Shown here piece by piece: positions 23,378 through 36,316 of a DNA stretch of 64,000 nucleotides. The notes under the pieces are model-generated. The model saw only the letters and a program-made list of their open reading frames with translations. It ran no database searches and was not told where the DNA came from. The DNA comes from Mustelus asterias (Eukaryota). Position 1 is the stretch's first letter, and every line of letters begins with the position of its first letter. Location: assembly GCF_964213995.1 (NCBI RefSeq), contig NW_027590192.1:620001-684000 (forward strand), read 5' to 3'. The position numbers and the translations under genes were made by a program.

Positions 23378-24626
23378 CAATATAAATTGTCTGGAAATGG
23401 AGAGTGAAGTGCCGTCTTAATGTTATTATCGTTTTAATCAGCTTTAATTTAATTGTAATTTTCACAATTCAGTTATAATTGCTGGAATATAATGATAAAT
23501 ATCTGTTTTTTAACCAGTAATCCGTTTATGTCGTTCATTGGAAGGGAACACCCGCAATCACTGTTACCATAAAGACATTGGTTACAGAGACTCCATTGAG
23601 ATTCCCCTAAGATGTTAGCAACCAGTGAACCAACACTGAACTCATGCTGGAATGTTAATAACAGTTACTGAACAATCCATTGAACTAGTGAAAGAATCAA
23701 CTGTCCCTTTAAATCGCCTTGATCAACATTTCAAACAGTGCACCCCACCCGAAACCTGCTCGCCCTCTCCCCCCGCCCCCCACCGCCCCAACCACCCCCC
23801 CCCCTCCCCCCCCACTCCCACCCCGCCTCGTCCCTCTCGCTATCTTATAGATCTTTTATCCATGAGGCCTTGAATCCCTTCAACTGCACCATCCAACAAT
23901 TCCAGTTAATCTTCTTGCTGCATTCTTCCTAAAGCTTTGTTTCACTGTCCTGTTTCGACGACAAATATTTATCCGCCGTAAGATTCCGTTCCAGGATTAA
24001 ATTATCTCAAACCAATTAAACAACGGGAGCTATTGAAGCATTTGATCGAGTCAAAGCTTTCTTAAGGTGTTGAATATCATCCGAATTCCGATGTTACAGT
24101 CAGATCATATTTGTTCTGACCACGGTCTGAAATGTCTTTTAAAAAATCTTAAAAATCCACTGCGGAAACTGGAAGTCTGAAATAAAGACTGAAAATGCTG
24201 GGCTGTACCAGTCGTACTGACAGCATCTGTGGAGAGAGAAAAAGAGTTAATATTTCGAGTCCTGTGGACTGATGGCTGCAACGGATACAATGGCCGATTG
24301 GCTGAAAGGCCTCTTTCCGTGCTGCAAAATCCTGTGCCTTTTATGATCCTATTTCGGAACTGCCCACCAGTTTATATTATGGAGGCCATTGTCTCTGTGT
24401 ACATTAGAATCGATCTTGTCTTTGTTACAATTCGTACAGAACCTCTCTGTTTATATTACAAAAAAAACACACACTCTTAATACGCTTGACCCTCTTTCAG
24501 TATCTACTGAACTGGACCCAGTCTTCCTTCATATCAGTGCAGGTGATGTGTCAATAATTGGTGTACTAGGCCTTTTCTTTGTATTATTAAATTGTATTAT
24601 TAAATTATTAAATTGTATTATTAAAA

Positions 24627-24852
24627 CTGCGTGGGTTTCCTCCGGGTGCTCTGGTTTCCTCCCACAGTCCAAAGATGTGCGGGTTAGGTTGATTGGCCAT
24701 GCTAAAATTGTCCCTTAGTGTCCTGGGATGCGTGGACTAGCGGGTAAAATATGTAGGGATATGGGGGTGGGATTGTTGTCGGTGCAGACTCGATGGGCCG
24801 AATGGCCTCTTTCTGTACTGTAGGGTTTCTATGATTTCTATGATTTCTATGA
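24627..24852 (+). mobile_element. HE1-type V-SINE 3' part (a second degenerate 3' part follows to ~25035)
   Basis: 'ctgcgtgggtttcctccgggtgctctggtttcctcccacagtccaaagatgtgcgg'; (tttctatga)n tail. Confidence 0.85.
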
Positions 24853-27659
24853 TCATGTTAGGTGTATTAGCCATGCTAAATTGCCCCTTACTGTCGAAAG
24901 ATGTGTAGGTTATATGGATTCGCTATATTAAATGCGCGTGGTTTAAGGGATATGACAAAGACGAGGGCCTAGGTGGAATGCAGAAGCATTGGGTCAGATG
25001 GTCCCTTTCTGCACTGTAGAGTTATATGGTTCTATGTCCATGAAATATTTCATCATTTCCCACGTCAGATATTTGAGCGCTTACTTATTTTTCAATAACC
25101 CTCAATGGAGAAAATGACCTTTGTTGTAGCAATTTCCATTCAGTTGTCCCAGTGATAGCCTTCAATCCATTTCTGCCTTCTGTGAGTGTACAAAAACTCC
25201 AATCACTCCATGCATTTGAATTGAAGATTATTTAAAAATGTAATTATTTATTGATAACCGTTCTGTTGTGCGTTGTTGCTTTTGGAGTGATTTCAGATAG
25301 TCTATTTCGTTCCCAGCATCGACTCTCATGTCTTTCGAGCTCAGTTGGAAAATTGATTAAATCACGTCGTGAATGAGGAGCGGATTACTGACAAATGATT
25401 AACTCAACCTCTCACAGAAAGGCCTCACACAAAATTCGAACGCGCAAATGATGGCAAAAACGTTCCTGGGCTGTACTTGACAGGAGATAAAGACTCTCGG
25501 AATTCTCAGACTTCTTATTGCTATTGATGCAAAGGATGGAAACCTTTGCTTCTCGCCAGAGAATGTGCAATATTTCTGTTTCTACAAATTTGAACGTTAC
25601 CTTTCCAAATCACACAGTAATCGCCCGAAATATTTTAGACTGATTGAACTCCCTGCAGATTGTACAATCTAGAAAAATTGATTTTAAAAATGAATGAGGA
25701 TTACATGTAGCATAAAGAGAGACCAGACCTTGTGTAATGTACAAAGTAGTAGGGGCTGGTGTATATGGGCTGCAGAGATTCAAGGCGGCAGCTCATCACC
25801 ACTTTATATGGGTCAATAAGAGCAGGCAACCAATTCTGACCTAACCAGCGACGTCCACATGCTATAAATTATGAATAAAGACAGATATGCCAGTGCAATG
25901 GTAACATAAACTCTTCATGGGAGTAATATAAACCAATATTTGGGCTGCATGGAATAAGAGAGACTGGACCTGCTATAACTTTAGAATAAACAGAAAAGTT
26001 ATTTGTGTGATCAGTAAAGAAAAGTACTTTGTCTAATAATAACTAGGAGGAGTCAAATGTACCAAACCAGAGATAGGTCCTTATTCTGAATTGATTGTGA
26101 AACTGTTTGCAGAAGTAATCGTAGAAAGTTAGAGTGCTAGAATTTGAATAACCGGCTCAAGTCTATCAATAACAGAGACTGTCGGGTCTGTGGACAGACT
26201 TGACGCTGATATAAGGAAACAGTGATTCTTATGGCCTTAACGCAGGTTTCTGTGTCATTGTGAGTGACATAGCGATTTGTGTGGTAAATACGGAGAGAAA
26301 TGTCACGCCAAACGCAGGAGTGACTAACTCCAATCTGACTGAGGGTTAATATTCCCAGAGATTTTTGATATCTGAGGCGACAATGCTGCATCTGTCAGAG
26401 GAACAGAAAATCACCTGTTCCTTCTCATTCTTACCAATAGTTCCCCACTTACACAGACAGACAAATGTCCGATCCGGCATCTTGCAGAAAACAAGGTTTA
26501 AATCTTCAGCTTAGCACATGCGATGACTAAAATTTGAAATTTCAAAACCTCATCGGAGGAAAAACTGTGCATCAAATATGAAGGGTAATTGTGCTTTTCC
26601 TAAACAACTTATATCGTGTGTTATTCTGTTGAAAGCGATGATTTGTAAAGTGTAATGAATATCGGAATTGTTCCTGGCAATTATCAACACACTCAAGTTC
26701 TGTTAAAAGACAGGATTGGCACAAGACGACAGCTATATAAATATTCTCTTCTATTAAGTCTCAGTAAAGGACGGAGATGGATAGAGAAAGGATGTTAAAA
26801 TAATGGAAGGTAACTTATGCTATCATTTCCCGGCTTCAGAGAACAGAGGGAGCTCAGTGACTGATCCACTGACCATTCACTTATCTCCTGCAATGGAAGC
26901 GCTAAATAGATCATAACAGCCTCATTTGTAATTGTCACAGCAAGGTGACTACTGTGACTCTGCCCTAACGCTGTGGACAGATATCGGCTGTCTTGACAGG
27001 TCTTCTCATCAGATTGTGGCCCCTGGATTTATTTTCTGCTCAGAACTGAGATGTGCGGTTTGGAACCGGCAGCAGAGAAACACCAAGTTGTTCAAAACAG
27101 CCGGAGTCAGTTTGATGTTATCTCCATGAACAGTCTCCCTGCCTGTGAAGGTGAACTCACTCTGAGAGCACCAAGAAAAAACAGAGAGATTACTGCCGCT
27201 CTCAGCATTACATTTACACCCATTCCAATTTTAAAGAATAAAACCAATGACAATATTTGGGTTTTAACACATTAACTGAAGGGGACTTGGAGAAAAAAAA
27301 GGAAAATTCAAGTAATAATTTTGCTCACAGAGTTATTCTAGAACAGAAAAATGTAGATGTGTTAGGTGTTGTGTGGGGGTAAGTGAGGGGACAGGTAATG
27401 CGAGTGAAATAGTCTGTTTCTCTCACTGAATTTCCTCTGATGAGAATTTTGTGATTCATCTTTTCAGTTAGAAGGTACCTGAAGCAAAAACTTAAGCATT
27501 GTTTACTACTAGCTGCCAGGTCCGGCAGGTACCTGTTTTTGTCAGTTGATGGACTGAGAGAGAGGGAGAAGAGAGGTTATCTGATTTAGGTACAGTCTGA
27601 GACAGAGAGAGGAGAATACAAGCACAGTCAGTCATTTGAAAGATGCATTGCCTTATCAG

Positions 27660-27935
27660 CGGAAGGCACAGTGGTTCGCACTGCTGCCTCAAAGTGCCAG
27701 GGACCCGGATTTGATTCCTGTCTTGGGTCACTGTCTGTGTGGAGTTCGCACATTCTCCGCGTGTCTGCATGGGTTTCCTCCGGGTACTCCGGTTTCCTCC
27801 CAGAACCTGAAAGACGTGCTGGTTAGGCACATTGGTCCGAACAGGCGCCGGAGTTTGGCGAATACGGCAATTTCACAGTAACTTCATTGCAGTGCTAATG
27901 CAAGCCTTACTTGTGAATAATAAAAATAAAATAAA
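27660..27935 (+). mobile_element. HE1-related SINE
   Basis: 'gcacagtggttcgcactgctgcctca...ggtcactgtctgtgtggagtt'; A-rich tail. Confidence 0.85.
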
Positions 27936-28582
27936 CATCTCTTTTAGGAGCGTCCAGGGCAATTCATTACCTTTAGGTATTGACTGAGGCATAGGATCCA
28001 TAAGTGAATACTCAATAAATTATCATAACATGCTTAAAGACAATTACAGTTAATTGCAGCTCACTTTTGTAAACAATGAAAAAATATATGTTTCAGATGC
28101 AACCACATCCACACTAACACATACAAGTGCACTCACAGGGGTGGTATGGTTACAAAATGGCTAACACTGCTCTCTTACGACTAACCCAGGTTCAATGTTG
28201 GCCTTGGGGGTCTGTCTGTGTGAGGTTGCACGTTCTGCCTCTTGGGTTTCTTTCTCGGTGCTTCGTTTCCTCCCACAGCCCAAAGATGTGCATCTTCGGT
28301 GGATTGGTCATGCTAAATTAACCTTTAGTGTCTATTTGCATTGCAACATTGAGACGTTTATTCAGTTCCTAAGTCTCTTTTGAATCAGATCATGTTACAA
28401 GATTCACCCCAAGCTTCCAAACAAATATTACACACAATACGAGAGTGATTAGATATCGTGCACAACAGCTAATAGTCATTAAGAAGACGAAACGTATTTT
28501 TCCAACCAAAGGCGATTGACAGCTTTCACCCATACGCATATATAATATTTTTAAAAAGTTAATATCCATCAAGTCAACTAGT

Positions 28583-28595
28583 TCTCTTTCTCTCC

Positions 28596-28636
<41 letters not shown>

Positions 28637-28640
28637 ACAC
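28583..28640. repeat. (CT)n microsatellite
   Basis: Directly visible. Confidence 0.9.
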
Positions 28641-29311
28641 TAACTATCAAATGCATTTTGTAGAGAAGTAATAACTGAGACAGTCTCCGTTTTATTATTA
28701 GAACCCAATGTAATACAAATCGAGTCACACGTCCGTTTAATAGTGAATTAAATAGAGCCGAACACCATAATAACCGAGAAGGAGCCTAATGGAACATAAT
28801 GGACACTTTATGCAGATAAACAACACTGGAGAAATGAAAACTCGTAGTTTATCTCGCGGCATTTCCACGTGTATTAATAAATGAAACTGCATAGAATGTA
28901 ATGTGAATAGATACAATGTCTGTGACAATAATCTCTCAGAAGGAGTCAAATGTAGTATATAAAGAGGCATGGCCTAGTGCATGACTGGATGCGACTCCAC
29001 CTAAAGTAATCAGTGTCTAACGTAGCAATAACCGAGAAAGGATTAATTGGGGCACAAATAGAAGCAAGGCACTGTGCATTAATAAACTAAACTTCAGATC
29101 GCGTTATGAACATACGTACAGTGTTGGAAGAAAGATAAAATGAAACATGTCTAGTCCAGTCATAACTGAAACAATTCATATGCAATAAAACGATTGCATG
29201 GTTAAATGCAGTAATAATTGAAGTATTCAAACTCAATAATTGAGTGTAATCAAACTAAACTCAATGTGCAGTGAAATATAAACGCACACATGGCCGCACT
29301 ATAGCAAGTGT

Positions 29312-29595
29312 GGGGCGGCATAGTGGTACAGTGGTTAGCACGGCTGCCTCACAGCGCCAGCGACCTGGTTTCGTTTCCTGGCTTAGGTTTTCCCTCTGTC
29401 TCTGTCTATATTGATTTGCCTCCGGGTGCTCCGGCTTCCTCCCACAGTCCAAAATATGTGCTGGTTCTGTGCATTTTCCATGCTAACCTCTCCCGCAGTG
29501 TACCCGAACAAGTGCCAGAGAGTGGCGACTGGGGGATTTTCACAATAACTCAATTGCAGTGTTAATGTAAGCCTACTTGAGACTCTAATAAATAA
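29312..29595 (+). mobile_element. HE1-related SINE
   Basis: 'gggcggcatagtggtacagtggttagcacggctgcctcacagcgccag'. Confidence 0.8.
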
Positions 29596-31704
29596 GTAAA
29601 AACGTAAAAAAAGTTCAGTTGTAGGTTCCACGGAATCATAGCCTAGTTCAGTAAAAACAGTATAAGATCTGATGTTACGAAACCTGAGAGGATCAATTGC
29701 CGTGGTGACAGAGAAAGACTTGGTACAGTAATACCGCTCCAATAATACTCAAAGATTGCTGAGTGTTTCTGGCATGTTTTTTTTTCAGATCCCATGCATC
29801 TGCAGTATCATGTTTTTGCGCAACCAGACATTGGATGACTAAAAGGATGGTCAATAAAGGGACAGTTTTATGGATTGAGTTAAATGAGGATAGTGAGATA
29901 AAGAGATGTAGTGAGGGAATAATAGAGTTTAAGGGCTAGATAGGTGAAGGCATCACAAACTGAACGAGATGAGCGCTTTCTGATTGTATGGACATTTATC
30001 CTATCGTTCCCGCAGGACTCATCCAGCCAATTGGAGAGAATCCCATTACACTCCTGACTTGTAACTTGTGGATGTTGGACAGGTTTTGGGGAGTCAAGAA
30101 GTGAGTTATTCGCCACAGGATGCTTATCAGGTGTTTTGATAATCTAGCGGAACAATAATCTGGCAATCCAGCATCCAGGGACTGCTCAGTGGTATTCGCC
30201 AACGTGTTTAAAATGGGCGATTCAGCGTTGGTAATGCCATTGAATGTCAAGGGGCAATTATAAGAAATTTTCATGTTGGAGATGTCGTTGCATGTCACTT
30301 GTGTGGCGCAAAACGGTATTAATAATCATCAATTCAGAAAGAGAGAAAGTTAAATTGACCAATGCCGATAAATTCAATAGATTACTGTACTTTAGATTAC
30401 GATAGCATACTAGATGCTATAACTACCATAATTTACAAAAATAAATCATTGTTTTCACTAATTATCATCAGTTCACAAACATGAATAATTATTTCACCAA
30501 TTACCATCAATTCACAAAGATAAATAATTATTTCACCAATTATTTTCAGAATTTTATTATATACGAAATGCAGTGGTTTATTTAATGCAATTTTTTGACA
30601 TTGAAATGCATTGAGATCACTTTGGCATTTCTGTCACCAAGGAATTAATTCTGTCCCAGATCTCAGTGAGAAATGGAATTAATTCAGACCGAGGACAATG
30701 AGCAGCTACTCGGCAGCCTCTGCGCTTTATTGGCAAGTAATCCCCTCACCATCAGACAGAAACTCCTGATATATAACTGGAGTGTGTGATCAGTTTGAAA
30801 GTGACAGGATGAATGGAAAAAAAAAACCTGTACATTAGACGAGGTTGTTGACTCTTAAAATCCCGACTAATTATTAAACTATTTGGGAATGTTTCTGTTG
30901 CCACTGAGGATATGCTCAATGATTTGTTGCACATGAAAGGACCACAAGTTCGAAATATATGCCCTCCTTAACCTAATCATTTTCCCTTATTTTTATCTTG
31001 GAAATGAATATTTTCACTATCAGTAAAGAACCATCAGTCCCGCCGAAAAATCTCCTCCGTCTCTTAATGAATGCTAGCTCCCGGTAATCTAGGGATGGAT
31101 TTCACCCAGAAAATCTGGATGAGTGGAAGGTATTAAACAGACACAAATAAAATAAAGCAGCTGCTTCAACTTATGAAGTAGTCAAGTACAAATATGGGAA
31201 TGTAGAACACCAGCTTTCAGGGACATCTACTGACGCATCCATCAATTAATTCACTGATTTCTCAATTCAAGTTTTCAGGCACCCAACTTTCATTCATTCC
31301 TGCATCAACGCAATCATCCGTTTATTTTTTGGGCTGATGGTGGCGTAATATTCATGCCATTAGACGTAATCCAGAGGCTCAGATCAATGATGTGGGGATA
31401 GGGGTTTACAGTGGCAGCTGGTGAGATTGAAATGAAACAATCTGGAAGATGTACCGATGGTGACCAGGGAATCCTCTCTCATTCTCCAATGTAGAAAATC
31501 CGCCATCCCTACCTGCTCTCACCAGGATGTGACTCCAGACGGACCACAATATGGCTGAACCTTCAATGTCTTATGAGATGCCGTAGCAAAGCGCTCAATT
31601 CATGAACAGTTAGGGGCGGGAAAGGAATATTGGTCTTGACAGTGATCCCGCAGCCCATGAAAACAAAGGGAGAAAAAAAATATGCATGTTTACGCATTAC
31701 TACA

Positions 31705-33170
31705 GCTATAGAAAACCTTGTGCAGGCCGTACTTGCAGTACTGCCTGGAGTTCTGGTCACCACACTACTAGAAGGACGTGGAAGCTTTGGAGAGAGTGCA
31801 ATGAAGTTTCATCACGATGTTGCCTGGTCTCGAGGGTGTTGCCTATGAGCAGAGGTTGAATAAACTAGGATTGTTTCCGAGGAAAATGCAACTGGTTTGA
31901 TCAGTAAGTTTGCTGATGACACAAAGGTTGGTGGATTTGCAGATCGTGATTAGGACGTTGAGAGGATACAGCAGGACATAAATCTGTTGGAGACTTAGGC
32001 GGAGAGATGCAAGATAGAGTTTACTCCGGACAAATATGAGGTAATGCGTCAAGAAGGCATACAGCATGCTTACCTTCCTCGGTCGGGGCATTGAGTTTAA
32101 AAATTGGCAAGTCATGTATAAAAAAATCCAAGTTTATAATAACCTGTGCTCATAGCCAACACCATCGAGACCAGGCATGTTGCAGCTTTATAGAACCTTA
32201 GTTAGGCTGGATTTGGAATACAGTGTTCAATACTGGTCACCACACTACCAGAAGGATGTGGAGGCTTTGGACAGAGTACAGAACAGATTTAACAGGATGT
32301 TGCATGGAATGGAGGGCATTAGCGATGCTGAAAGTTTGGAGAAACTTGGTTTGTTCTCACTGGAACGACGGAGGTTGAAGGGCGATCTCATAGATGTCTA
32401 CCAGATTACGAGGGGCGTGGACAGAGTGGATAGTCAGAAACTTTTTCGCAGGGTGGAAGAGTCAGTCACTGGGGGGCATCGGTTTGACGTGCGAGGGGCA
32501 AGGTTTAAAGGCGATGGACCAGGCAAGTTTTTTACACAGAGCGTGGTGGGTGCCTGGAACTCGCTGGTAGGGGAGGTCGTGGAAGCAGAGACGACAGGGG
32601 CGCCTTGACAAATGCATGAAGAGGATGGGAATAGAAAGATACGATCCCCAGAAGGGGGGGTTTAAGTTCAGTCTGGCAGCATGATCGGTGCAGGCTTGGA
32701 GGGCCGAAGGGCCTGTTCCTGTGCTGCAATTTTCATTGTTCTTTGTTCTTTGTTTTCACTGGAAAGACGGAGGCTGAGGGGAGACCTGATAGTGGTCTAG
32801 AAAATTTTGAGAGACAGACATGATGGATAGTCAGAGGCTGTTTCGAAGGCGGTAGTGTCAATTACAAGGGGGGACAGGCTCAAGGTGTAAGGGTGAAAAT
32901 TTATGGGAGGTATGTGCGGAAAGTTTTTCAGGCAGAAAGTGCTGGGTGCCTGGAACCCGCTACCAGAGCAGGTGGTGGAAGCAGGCACATTCGCATCATT
33001 TAAGAGGTAACTGCGTGGGTACATGAATATGGAGGAAATAGAGGGGTACAGACCAAGTAAGGGCAGAAAGTTTCTTCTTTAGTTTTGTTGGGACATTATA
33101 ATCGGCACAGGCTTGGAGGGCCAAAAGGCCTGCTCCTGTACTGTAATTTTCTTTATTCTTTGTTCTTTTT
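31705..33170 (+). mobile_element. Nested CR1 fragments (host 31705-31876 and 32752-33170; insert ~31879-32752)
   Basis: Two RT C-terminal copies with separate (ttctttg)n tails; host 'ggattgttt|tcactggaaagacggagg' is split by the insert. Confidence 0.8.
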
Positions 33171-34044
33171 CTTTAACATCAGTCCTCTCTTTGAGTCATC
33201 TCTCACAGTCTACCTGCATTTCTTTTCAACCAACCATCGCAATGTCCTGATGTGTTGGTGAGATCACCATTGTTGCTAACAATGTGCCAGAGAACCTGGT
33301 TAACTTTCCTTTCCTGAGAAATGGGAACAGTTCAAACACGTTTACAACTTGATAAAAGTAAATTGCCTCCAGTCTTGTTGCCAGGTAGATTTGTTTATGA
33401 ATATTCCTCATTGACACTGTTAAGAATTTGACATTTGTACCCAACATTCTCTGCCTGAAAAACTTCCCCCACACATCTCCCTTAGAGTTTACAGACAAGC
33501 GGTCAGTACTGAGGAAACAAATCTTTGATTTGCAAGTATAAACACCACCAGATGTTTCCTGTAATTAACTTTGGGCGTTTGGCAACCGGCTGGATTGCTG
33601 CTAAATGCTGTGTGGGGCAGATTAGCGTGAATCCTTATGGAACAAAATGAGATTTAGCCTTTTAGACAATAAATGTTTCATTCCAACAAGAAATGCACAT
33701 TTTAAATGGTACCCATTCTAAGCAAATGTTTTAAATGAATACCCTCATCATTATGTGGTTAAATTGTATCAGAAAATAATAAATTGACCAGATGCTATTT
33801 TGTTCGTTTAACTTCTCGTAGGTGTCATTCCAATAATTAAAGCCTATTTGTGAACGACTTAATAAAATGCGACACAGAACTGTTTCCAATTTTGCAGTCT
33901 GCTGAGATCAGTGTAATGGCAACACAATCAATAAAATGATAAGCAAATCATGAATTTGCCTTGAACAGAAGTGATCCCGAGAATATTGCCAGAGATTTGC
34001 AACTCATTTAAACGGCAGAATCTCTTACAGCAATCAATGAAACG

Positions 34045-34356
34045 TTGCAGTGCAGAAGAAGGCCATTCGGCCCTTCAGGTCTACACAGACAACAATCCCA
34101 CCCAGGCCCTATCCCATATATTTACCCTGTCACTCCCTCTAACTTAAGCATGCCAGGATACTAAGTGGTAATTGAGCATGGCCAATCAACATAACCCGCA
34201 CATCTTTGCACTGTGGGAGGAAACCGGACCACCTGGAGGAAACCCAGGCAAACATGGGGAGAATTCGCAAATTCCACAATGCAGTGAAAAGAGCTGGGAA
34301 TTGTATCCCGATCCTTGGAGCAGTGCTAACTGTGGTACTATGTCACCGTGCTGCCC
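34045..34356 (-). mobile_element. HE1-type V-SINE
   Basis: 'catggccaatcaacataacccgcacatctttgcactgtgggaggaaaccgga'. Confidence 0.8.
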
Positions 34357-35385
34357 TTATAACTAAATAGCACCGTGTTCTATTGTGCAGTATAATCTGA
34401 TTTCGATTATTTAACAGTCCTGATCATAGCTGCCAATGAGTGGAGAAGCGGTCAGGCTTGGTTCAATGGAAGATAAACATTTATTCTTGTGATATTGTGT
34501 AATAGGCCACAAAGTCCTTATATCCTGTGTTCCCAATACCAGTGAATGTTAGACAGCCGGTGGCCAATTAAATGAGCAGCAATAATTTGGATGCTGAAGG
34601 ACAACTTTACTTGTCACCCTGTCCGTTCTGATTTTCTGTCAAAAGCCCATGCCAATTTTATGTTTCTCTCTCAACTCACTGCGTAATTATCATGTAAGGG
34701 ATTTTCTTTACCGCTAATTTTAATGAGATTGTTATGCGCTCAGAAGCATTTTGAAAAATGTTAGGAGACTCCCGATAATGTGAACAGTTTTTTGTTATTT
34801 CGAAAACCAAATTGTATCGTGATAGCCATTCACAACGTAAGTATCATAATTTGGCTCATCCCTCGCAATTAGTTACAGAAATCGATAACAATTCATCTAA
34901 TAAATGATGCTTTATTATTTGAATGAGATTGAGACCCTGCATTGTTGCAAAATAGACTGATTGTCTCTTTATTCTCTGTAAACGTAATTTAGTTTAGTTT
35001 TATCTGCTTGCTAAAGGGTGTGGAAATTAAATAATTACATTTACAATAGAATCAGCGTTTTTAATGCAGAGACGATGAACTGCAAAATCTCCATTAGAAA
35101 TGAGACATTACAATGAATCTATTCAGTCAAACCAATTTTCCGATACCAATAAAAGGTCAATTTTAATAACAATGCATTGTAAATGTCAGAGTCCATTCTG
35201 TTAGGCGCATGGAAGATGGGACGTGGATCCAATCGCCGCTTCCACCAGGGAATCAAAAGGCTGGAAAGCCGCGCCCTTCAGCCGGGTATTTAAATGCCAC
35301 TCACTGGGACCGGAATACAACAGTCCGGGAGCTGGTGTGTTCACTGAGTTCCTGACACAACCATTTCCCCCAAATGACCAGAAGG

Positions 35386-35431
35386 ATGAGGTCGACGATT
35401 TCTCTCAGTTTGTTGCTGACTTTCTTATCCG
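35386..35431 (+). CDS. IgH leader exon (MRSTISLSLLLTFLS)
   Basis: 46-nt phase-1 exon ending G|GTGAG; in-frame upstream ATG at 35374; TATTTAAA at ~35287. Confidence 0.9.
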
Positions 35432-35558
35432 GTGAGCAGATTTATTGTCCAAGCCTCTCACTGTTACTGTCTCATTGTTATTTTATCTATGGAATGTTGC
35501 AGAGTCAGCAATCATTTCACCAGGATTAATCCTCTTGTTTTTTGATATATTTGTACAG

Positions 35559-35874
35559 GTGTCCAGTCGGAGATTATGTTAGCTCAGCCAAAAGCAGAGC
35601 CCGGGCATCCCGGAGGCTCCGTGAGACTGACCAGCAAAACCTACGGGTTCAATCTCGGTAGCGCTCACATGCACTGGATCCGACAGGTTCCCGGAGAGGC
35701 GCCGGAGTGGTTGGTTTACGACCAAACTTCATCAAGCAACCTGTACGCCCCAGGGATTCAGAATCGATTTACTCCCTCCAAAGACACTTCAACCAACATC
35801 TTCTCTTTGGCCGTAACTGACCTGAAGACCCAAGACACCGCCATCTATTACTGTGCAGTAGACCATGGGGGTAT
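35559..35874 (+). CDS. IgM VH exon with germline-joined D
   Basis: tacag|GT GTC CAG TCG then [49 protein letters not shown]...[13 protein letters not shown]; first Cys is AGC (Ser). Confidence 0.9.
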
Positions 35875-35902
35875 CACAGCATTAACTGCCAACACAAAAG
35901 TC
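35875..35902 (+). promoter_or_regulatory. 12-bp-spacer RSS after the VD segment
   Basis: CACAGCA + ttaactgccaac (12) + ACAAAAGTC. Confidence 0.9.
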
Positions 35903-36229
35903 CCCTCAGCGCGTATTAAGTGAGGCTAGGTCAGTGTCGCTTTTACAGTCCAACTCTATTTACAGTGAAGTACTGTTTATGTTCAACTCTGTTCAAATAA
36001 CACAGTTTAACATGGGAGATCTGTGATAACCATTCAATTATCAGTCGGTATTTTCAATAACATGTTCATGTGACACTCTGTGAAATAGAAAAGATTCCGA
36101 TCATTTATGGAGAGCGAATGGTACTAAAAATACAATTATAATTTCATGAAAATTCATTGTGAATTTACTTTGCCGCAAGATTATGAATATTTTTTTAAAA
36201 GGTGGTTTATGTCGTTTTTGTGCAGATCC

Positions 36230-36268
36230 GGTTATTGAATCACCCAGCCCAGGGGGTGTAACACAGTG
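36230..36268 (-). promoter_or_regulatory. 23-bp-spacer RSS of JH
   Basis: GGTTATTGA + 23 nt (atcacccagcccagggggtgtaa) + CACAGTG immediately 5' of J. Confidence 0.8.
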
Positions 36269-36316
36269 ATCCTATGGACGACTGGGGACAAGGGACCATG
36301 TTGACGGTGACTGCAG
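36269..36316 (+). CDS. JH segment (PMDDWGQGTMLTVTA)
   Basis: WGQG motif; GCAG|GTATG donor. Confidence 0.95.

Noticed and set aside
36213-36221. CGTTTTTGT as the JH nonamer
   Set aside because: It lies 40 nt from the heptamer; GGTTATTGA at 36230 gives the correct 23-nt spacer.
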